Source: the human T2T-CHM13v2.0 reference genome, Homo sapiens
Reading direction: 5' to 3' (one strand)
NCBI RefSeq assembly: GCF_009914755.1
Contig: NC_060929.1
DNA: 64,000 nucleotides
The first letter of the stretch is position 1, and the number at the start of each line of letters is the position of its first letter. Under the pieces are notes generated by a model that had not been told where the DNA came from, did not search any database, and saw nothing but the letters and a program-made list of their open reading frames with translations. This document shows, in pieces, positions 57,178 to 64,000 of this stretch. The translations under genes were made by a program, and so were the position numbers.

Positions 57178-58899
57178 TAGTTTTTCTTTTCTTAAAATAT
57201 TTGTTCAGATTTACATAGTGGACTCGTCTCTATGTCTTTGTTTAGATTCATTCATTCATTTGCTGTGCTGGGTGCTGTTTTAGGTACTGAGGATACTGCA
57301 GAGAAAAAAGAAGGCATCATTGCACTGAGGAAATTAGGAGATGTCAGTTTACCTTCCATCAGCTCTTTCACATGGCCATTGGCAAAACTTCTACCATGCT
57401 TGTATCTAATCTGCTCCTTTGATGCATAGATTGAGTAGACATAATTCACTGCGAGCTCTTCCTCCTGGGAATGAAAAGGAGCACTCACAAGTTGCCTTAT
57501 TAAAGTCTTTGGCTAACTAATCAATTTTTTACTGTTAAACTTTTATAAGCACCCTAGGGCCAATTATCTCTATATTTGTACCCTATTAACAGTGGCATCA
57601 GCCACAGAAAGAAAGTAATTGCATCTTTATTATCTTTGCGTATAGCAATTCGTATTATTGGGCAAGACAGACTGACAGGATCTTGAATTTTGGCTTAATA
57701 GTGGCCTAAGGAGAAGCCATTTAGAAAATAGCTTTGTGACCTTGGGCATACTTTTAATATCTCCAGACCACAGCATCATCATCTGTAAAATTAGAGTGTT
57801 GGACCAGCTTTCTGCTAAAGGCTATGTTCACACAAAAGTCGATGAATCTTAGGCATTCTGGAGGTTTATAAGAAAAGCAAAGAGAAAATATCACTCTCAT
57901 TATAAGTTTGCTTGCCATGAAAGCTGCTTTCCTGACTGATGTTTCTGAAAAGGAAATAAAACAGAGAGGGAGCCAGTAACCTGTGAGTGATCAGTTTGAT
58001 GCTGCATCAGACTAGAATTTACCCCTGTCATTGTCTCCACCTGCCCCCATGGCATCAGGTCCTGAATTTCACTAAAAATGGCAGGGAAGGACAAACCAGG
58101 AGACACAGGGAAATTAGAAGAGATAATTATGGATGATGTGAATGAAGGAAGTAATATGGAAAATGACACTCGATTTCCTAACAATATGAGATTGTTCTCC
58201 AACCATTAGGGTCAGACAGGGTCATTTCTTGAGTGAAAGATCAGTCTAGATACCACAGGAAGTGGTGTTGCTAATTCAGCATGTGGCACTTTATCTACTG
58301 AAACAAAGCCCCATTTTAAGAGTCATAAAGATGGGATTTGGGTTGTGGCTTTGTATATTTGCATACATATGCGATTGGCCAGGAAGTGGAAGTGGGAGGT
58401 GAGGCTGCCCAAGCATTTTCTCCTGAATGTCCTGACCAAATGCAGCTTTGAATACTGACATTCTTTTACCTACTTATACTTCCTCAGCAGTTTCCTCGCA
58501 TTTTGCCTCAAATCTTCAAAGCCTTTGACAATGTGGGCTTAAAACCATGAGGATAAATGTGTTCAGATTCTTTTGTGGCAATGCCTGCTGCGAGATACCT
58601 GTGGTCACTCTGCTTCCTGGTCTGGGTTAGTGGTTCAGAACTGAGTCCACTGGGAAGAATGGCAGCTGAGTCACAAATGTCACTGATTATTCAAAACATC
58701 TGTACAGTGTAAATATGGAAATATCTTTTGTACTTTCCAATTCACATATTCAGTTTTGACCAGGAAGTAGCTTAGTCTCTTAGAGTATCTAACTTTTAGT
58801 GAATATGCATTCCAAGAAGCGTTTATTGCTACAATACACAGGTGAAGTGTTATTTTAGAAAGACTGAGACTGTTTTACCTGATGGACAGGTGATTTGAC

Positions 58900-59065
58900 T
58901 GTAAGTTAAGAGAACTGAGTTCTGGGTTCTAGTGTTGAGCCACCTACAAATGAGCTCTGTGATCATGGCCAAGTCATCTTAACTTGACCTTCTATTATTT
59001 TATCCATAAAATGAAAGGATTTTGATTGGACTCCATGAAGGCCTTCAACTCTAACATTCTGTTCT
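58900..59065 (+). mobile_element. MIR fragment
   Basis: CTGGGTTCTAGT...AGCTCTGTGATCATGGCCAAGTCA...ATCCATAAAATGAAAGG. Confidence 0.6.
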
Positions 59066-59185
59066 ACTATTTCTTACACAAGAGCTCTTTGGATTCTGGA
59101 CATATGTATTGCTCTAGAAACTCTTGGGAGCCAAGTAAATGTTTAAAAACTCAAATTTCTGTATCCTGTTAGAGGAATGCTCAGG

Positions 59186-59244
59186 GTGTGTTTGTGTGTA
59201 TGTGTGTGTGTATGTGTGTGTGTGCGTGTTCATGCATGTGTGTG
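59186..59244 (+). repeat. Imperfect (TG)n
   Basis: Directly visible. Confidence 0.9.
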
Positions 59245-60519
59245 CTCATGCTTGCCTTAATGGAATCTGGATAGATTTAGTTGACAGGAAAATTTTCTAA
59301 GATTTTGGTTTTACAGAAATTCTTTTCCTCATAAGGTCTTTGTTCCTCTATGGGGTTTTCTTTTGACCTTTGAGGAAAGGAAGGCTTAACTTGGATTGCT
59401 CATCTGTGTCCTGATAGTGAGTGCTTCAGTATTTGAAGGTCAGCTTAATGACCCAAAGATAGGAGAGCAGATGACATGTAGGTGCCCGTTGTCATGCCAG
59501 TGATGGGGGCAGAATATCTGTTTGCATCCTTCTGACTGTTGCTGCAGACACCACTGAAAAGGATCTTCCCGAGAGAGGGACCTTGCCTGTACTCAGGCTT
59601 CCTCTCAGTGTCCCTGTCCTCCCCCTACCATGGGAAGGGAAAGACTGAAGATTCTGATGATGCTCAAGTACCCTGCTACATGTCAGAGAATTATATTTGC
59701 TCCTCCTTCTCCTTATTATAATTTGACTTTTCTTTTCTCAAGGAAATTGCCTTCTTTTGTCATTTATTCTGTTATGATTGGATTTTTTCCCCTGCTTGTA
59801 TCATCAGAGGATTGGTCAAAGTGGAAATCTTTCAGCTTCTTCAATTAGCGCTTTTGCAAAAAAAAAAAAATAATAATGCTTTAGGTTAAAAGAAAAAAAA
59901 AAAGCCCTAAGTCTTCTTTTCCTCCTGGGTTGATCATGTTCCATTTTCTGGGTCATTTTTCTCAGATTCCTTCACTGTTGAACTGCCTGAAGTCTCATGA
60001 GGTGTTTGGATGTTTCACCTTGAGTAAATCTCAAGCCATAATATTCATTGCCATTCCTGATCTGGCCCTAAACTTCCTTTCCCACTCACTTTCACACTGT
60101 GCTTCAAACAATCCTGCCTCTTTGCCTTTCCTCTGAGCACTCACTTTCTCCTGCCTTCGCTCTTACTGATTCCTCTGCCTATACTGCTCCATCTACCCAG
60201 CAAAAAGTTTCTTAAAGACCTTTTCTGTGGAGTCTTCAATAATGCTATCTGTTATCCCCATTCACTGGTTGTAAGTGCTTTCTGAATGCCCATACATGTT
60301 TTGTAATCCTCCTTTGACCCTAATCACATTTTACATTGCCCAGTCATTACCATCTACGTGGTACTACTCTCACATTAGATTGTTAATTCTTTGAGGGTAA
60401 ACATGGCCTTCACCAGTGTTTGCTGGTTGAAATAACAAATGTTTGTTCATTGGCAAAGCATTTGAAAAGTGTCCATGTGAAAAATTGTTAAAGTAATCAC
60501 ATGATTACAACAGCTGATG

Positions 60520-60900
60520 AAATTTGAATTAGGTCTATGGATTAAATTGGTACTATTGCATTAATGTTAAATTTTTTGTGTATCATTGTATGATAATTAT
60601 ACAAGTAAATGTCCTTATTCTTAGGAAATGCACACTGAAGTATTTAGAAGTAAAGGAGCCTAATGTGCACAAATTACCCTTAAATGATTACAAAAAACAT
60701 ATATAATGTGTATATATATATTTACACAATGTGTGTATACACATACAATGTGTGTATATATATATACATACGCACAAACACACACATTGCATATACATAT
60801 ATATGCATATATATATGTATATGCACAGGCATTCTTTGTGGTATTTTTGTAACTTTCAAGTAAATTTGAAATTATTTTAAAATAAAAAGTTTAAAAAATT
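60520..60900 (+). mobile_element. L1MC/L1ME 3' end with internal (TA)/(CA) repeat
   Basis: TGTCCTTATTCTTAGGAAATGCACACTGAAGTATTTAG...GTAAATTTGAAATTATTTTAAAATAAAAAG. Confidence 0.7.
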
Positions 60901-61414
60901 AAATTGTTATTTATTACTGATCAGGGATAATCATAGAAAAGTAGCCCAAGTGCGGAAAAATAAAAGAAACATTTATTTGTAGATGAAAAAGTAACCCAGT
61001 GAACAGTCTGAAATTCATTTATTTAATATTTTATAAGTGACCTACACACAGCACATGATGAACTCTCCAAGTTATGATGAGGCAGGTCAATTCTTCTAGA
61101 AAGTCACATGCTAGATGACTATGCCTAAATGGCCAGATAATCTGGGATGGTGCCCTGTGTGGAAGAATAGCAGATGTACCTCAAAGTACAGGCATTGTGA
61201 GGTTATGCCCCTTGGCACAAAATAACTCAAACTGTGATTAGAAGATGATGAGCTCTTGCCAGGAGTTACAATGTAGAGAAAAGATTTCAGAATCATTGCA
61301 GGTGGTTACTTCTGTATGTTAATGCTACTAAAGATGCCAATGAAATGATGGGCATTATTAGGAGGTATTTTGGAAGTAAAACTAATTTTGGTATGACATA
61401 CTTAAACATAGGCA

Positions 61415-61900
61415 TATTGGTTATATATTGCTGCTTCACATGAACTCAAAAATTAGTGGCCTAAAGCAACAAAGATTTATTACTCACAGTTTCTGTGGGC
61501 TAGGAAGTTGAGAGTAGCTTAGCTGGTGGTTCTAGCTCAGGGTCTCATGAGTTTATAATAAGTATGTTAGCAAGGGCTGCAGTCATCTAAAGGTTTAACA
61601 GGGGCTAGAGGATCCACTCCCAAGATGGATCACTCACACAGCTGTTAGCAGGAGGCCTCAGTTCCTTACTGTGTTGGTCTCTCCATATGGCTGCTTGAGC
61701 ATCCGAATATCATAGCAGCTGGCTTCCTGTGAAATGGTGTTCAAAGAAGTGAGATGGGAATTTCAGTGCCTTCTATGACCTAGTTTGGAAGTTTATCATT
61801 TTTGTAATATTCTGTTGGTTATAGAAGCCCACTTATTCATTGTGAGAAGGGCTTACACAGGCAGGGATCATTGGAGGCCATCTTGGAGGCTGGCTACAAT
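61415..61900 (-). mobile_element. MLT1F-like MaLR LTR
   Basis: TTTATTACTCACAGTTTCTGTGGGCTAGGAAG...GGATCCACTCCCAAGATGG...GGCCATCTTGGAGGCTGGCTAC. Confidence 0.8.
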
Positions 61901-63610
61901 AATAGGGTATAATTATGGTTGCTGTAGCAGCGTTGAAAAAAAGAGGAAAAAAAGAGTGAACTTTATAAAAACGCTAAGAGGGCTTTTATTTTGGTGGACA
62001 GGCCAGGAAAATTAAGACTCTTAAGGTTGAGAAGAATGAGTAGGGATGTTATTGAAGTGTATCAAATTATGACAAATTTGGAAAAATAAATATGATTTTA
62101 TTCATCAAAGTTTGGAACAAGAAATAGTGTTTGAAGTTTCTTTCTCTAATAAAAAAGAGATGTAACTTGTTTTCTCAGTAGGAAATAAACAGATTGAACC
62201 CAGAATATATAACCAGGGGATTCAGAATGCTTTAAACCCAAAACAGCTCTCCTTGATCTCTACCATAATTTCTATTATTTCTCCCAGTCCTGCTGATTCT
62301 TTCTCTCATTGGTTTCTCACATACTTCCGATTCCTAGGCTACCACCCTAGGAAGGTCGTTCCACTTCACACGTGAGTGCAGTAACCTCCACACTCTGTCT
62401 TTGCCTCCAAAGGATTTGGTCCCTTGGTTGGTTTTTGCACACCTTCTCTGTTAATCTCCCAAACACCTCTTTCATCAAATAATGCCCTTGCTCAAAGACT
62501 TCAAGTAAATTCTACTGCAGAGAGGAAGAATTAAACTGAACCCCTTAGCTTGGTGCTGAAGGCCCTTTATCACCACCAAACACCACCCTCCTTTCTAGCG
62601 TTACTTCTCACAATCTGTTATAAAACCTTCTGCTCTCCACCCTCAAGGCTTGGCTCTTATCTTTCTCTTTGCCTTGTGGCCCCTCCTTGAGTTTTTATTT
62701 ACTCAGAAGCTTCCTTTTATCCAGGTGTGATGCTGAGGGCTGGTCACAGGCATTGTCGCCATCAGCCAGGCCTGTTCGTATATCTGCTCTTACCTGATTG
62801 TCTGACTTCCAGGGAGACATTTAATCTCAGTATTCCCTGCATGGGGATAATAGACCTTCTCCTGTGGACTCAGTGAGGTTTCATTGCTAGTGTGAGGTGC
62901 CACTCAGTGATTTCTAGTTTCCTTTCTTTTTCAAGTCCCTGCTCAAGTTTGACTTTCTTCATGAGCCTTCATAGCTCTTGTTGGCTTCCTCTCCTCTTAA
63001 AACTCTGGCAAGTCATCTCTAAACGGACTCATTTGGCAAATAATCATATTTTGATTATAATTTTTTCCTTAGTAGATTTTAAGCTATTATGGGCAGAGAC
63101 TGTGCTTTACAAGTCACAGGAGTTGCCATAGTTTCTTGCCCTTAGATCTTTAATGAGTATTGTTTGTAGATTTTTTCCCTCATATGTTGTGGGTGATGGA
63201 TTCACAGAGACATTGTAGAGGATTTTCCAGAGCTGATGATGAGTGAATTACCAGGGTCTTCCCCAAATTATCCCTTAACACCACCTATATAATGACCGTG
63301 GGGTTGGCTGTTTAGGTAGGTAGGGCCACGTCTCTGTTCCCATAGCAGCTTATTCTGGTCTTAATCATGGTGTGCATCATGCTGATTGAATAGGTCAGTT
63401 TGTGGCCATTTTCCATGTGGGGCTGTGAGCTCCTTCGGGATAGCTCAGCACTGGACATTGTCAGTGACTTGCCCAGTTTTTGTTTGATGTGAAGTGCCCA
63501 AAGAATTAGAACCATTAGTAAACTTCACTTCATGCTAATGTTTAGGGATTTTTTTGTGGAGATGGGGCTTGTTTATAAAACCATTTTAAGTTTATAAACA
63601 GATTTGAGAG

Positions 63611-63658
63611 TATATATATATATATACATATATGTGTGTATATATATATATACATATA

Positions 63659-63690
<32 letters not shown>
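63611..63690 (+). repeat. Compound (TA)n/(TG)n microsatellite at an Alu tail
   Basis: Directly visible; block TATATATATATATACATATATGTGTG occurs twice. Confidence 0.95.
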
Positions 63691-63691
<1 letters not shown>

Positions 63692-63996
63692 TTTTTTTTT
63701 TTTTAAGACAGGGACTTGCTCTGCCACCCAGCTGGAATGCAGTGCCACAATCACAGCTCACTGTAGCCTTGACCTTCGAGGCTCAAGCGATCCTCCTACC
63801 TCACCCTATACTCCACCCCTCTCAGTAGCTGGGACTACAGGTGCATGCCACCAAGCCTGGCTAATTTTTTTTTTTAAATAAGGATGTGGTCTTGCTATGT
63901 TGCTGAGGCTAGTCGCAAACTCCTGGGCTCAAGTCATCCTCCTACCTCGGCTTCCCAAAGTATTAGGATTATGGGAGTGAGCCACCGCACCTGGCC
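63691..63996 (-). mobile_element. AluJ
   Basis: Antisense dimer with CACAGCTCACTGTAGCCTTGACC and CTCCTGGGCTCAAG. Confidence 0.93.
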
Positions 63997-64000
63997 TTTC

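Overview
Primate, human-like genomic DNA (Alu, L1PA, THE1, MIR, L2), mostly interspersed repeats. I find no intact conventional protein-coding exon, and the long ORFs are LINE-1 remnants. The centre is a CpG-island promoter (~27850-28990) with a probable non-coding first exon on + (donor TGG|GTAAGA at 28826); the remaining ~35 kb looks like that gene's first intron, and I cannot name the gene. The left part holds a nested retroelement with all target-site duplications readable: an internally deleted L1PA10-like host (2569-11280) carrying a 5'-inverted, twin-primed L1PA4/5 and a THE1 solo LTR. The most notable observation is a candidate divergent minus-strand spliced transcript: CpG-island exon (to 28384), MER91-derived exon (18496-18368) and L1 5'UTR-derived exon (from 10996). 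Both junctions are phase 0 and join into one open frame of up to 281 aa, with AATAAA ~100 nt after the stop. It is a candidate TE-built de novo gene or lncRNA, inferred from sequence only. Repeat subfamily names come from recalled consensus sequences, and boundaries of old repeats are approximate.
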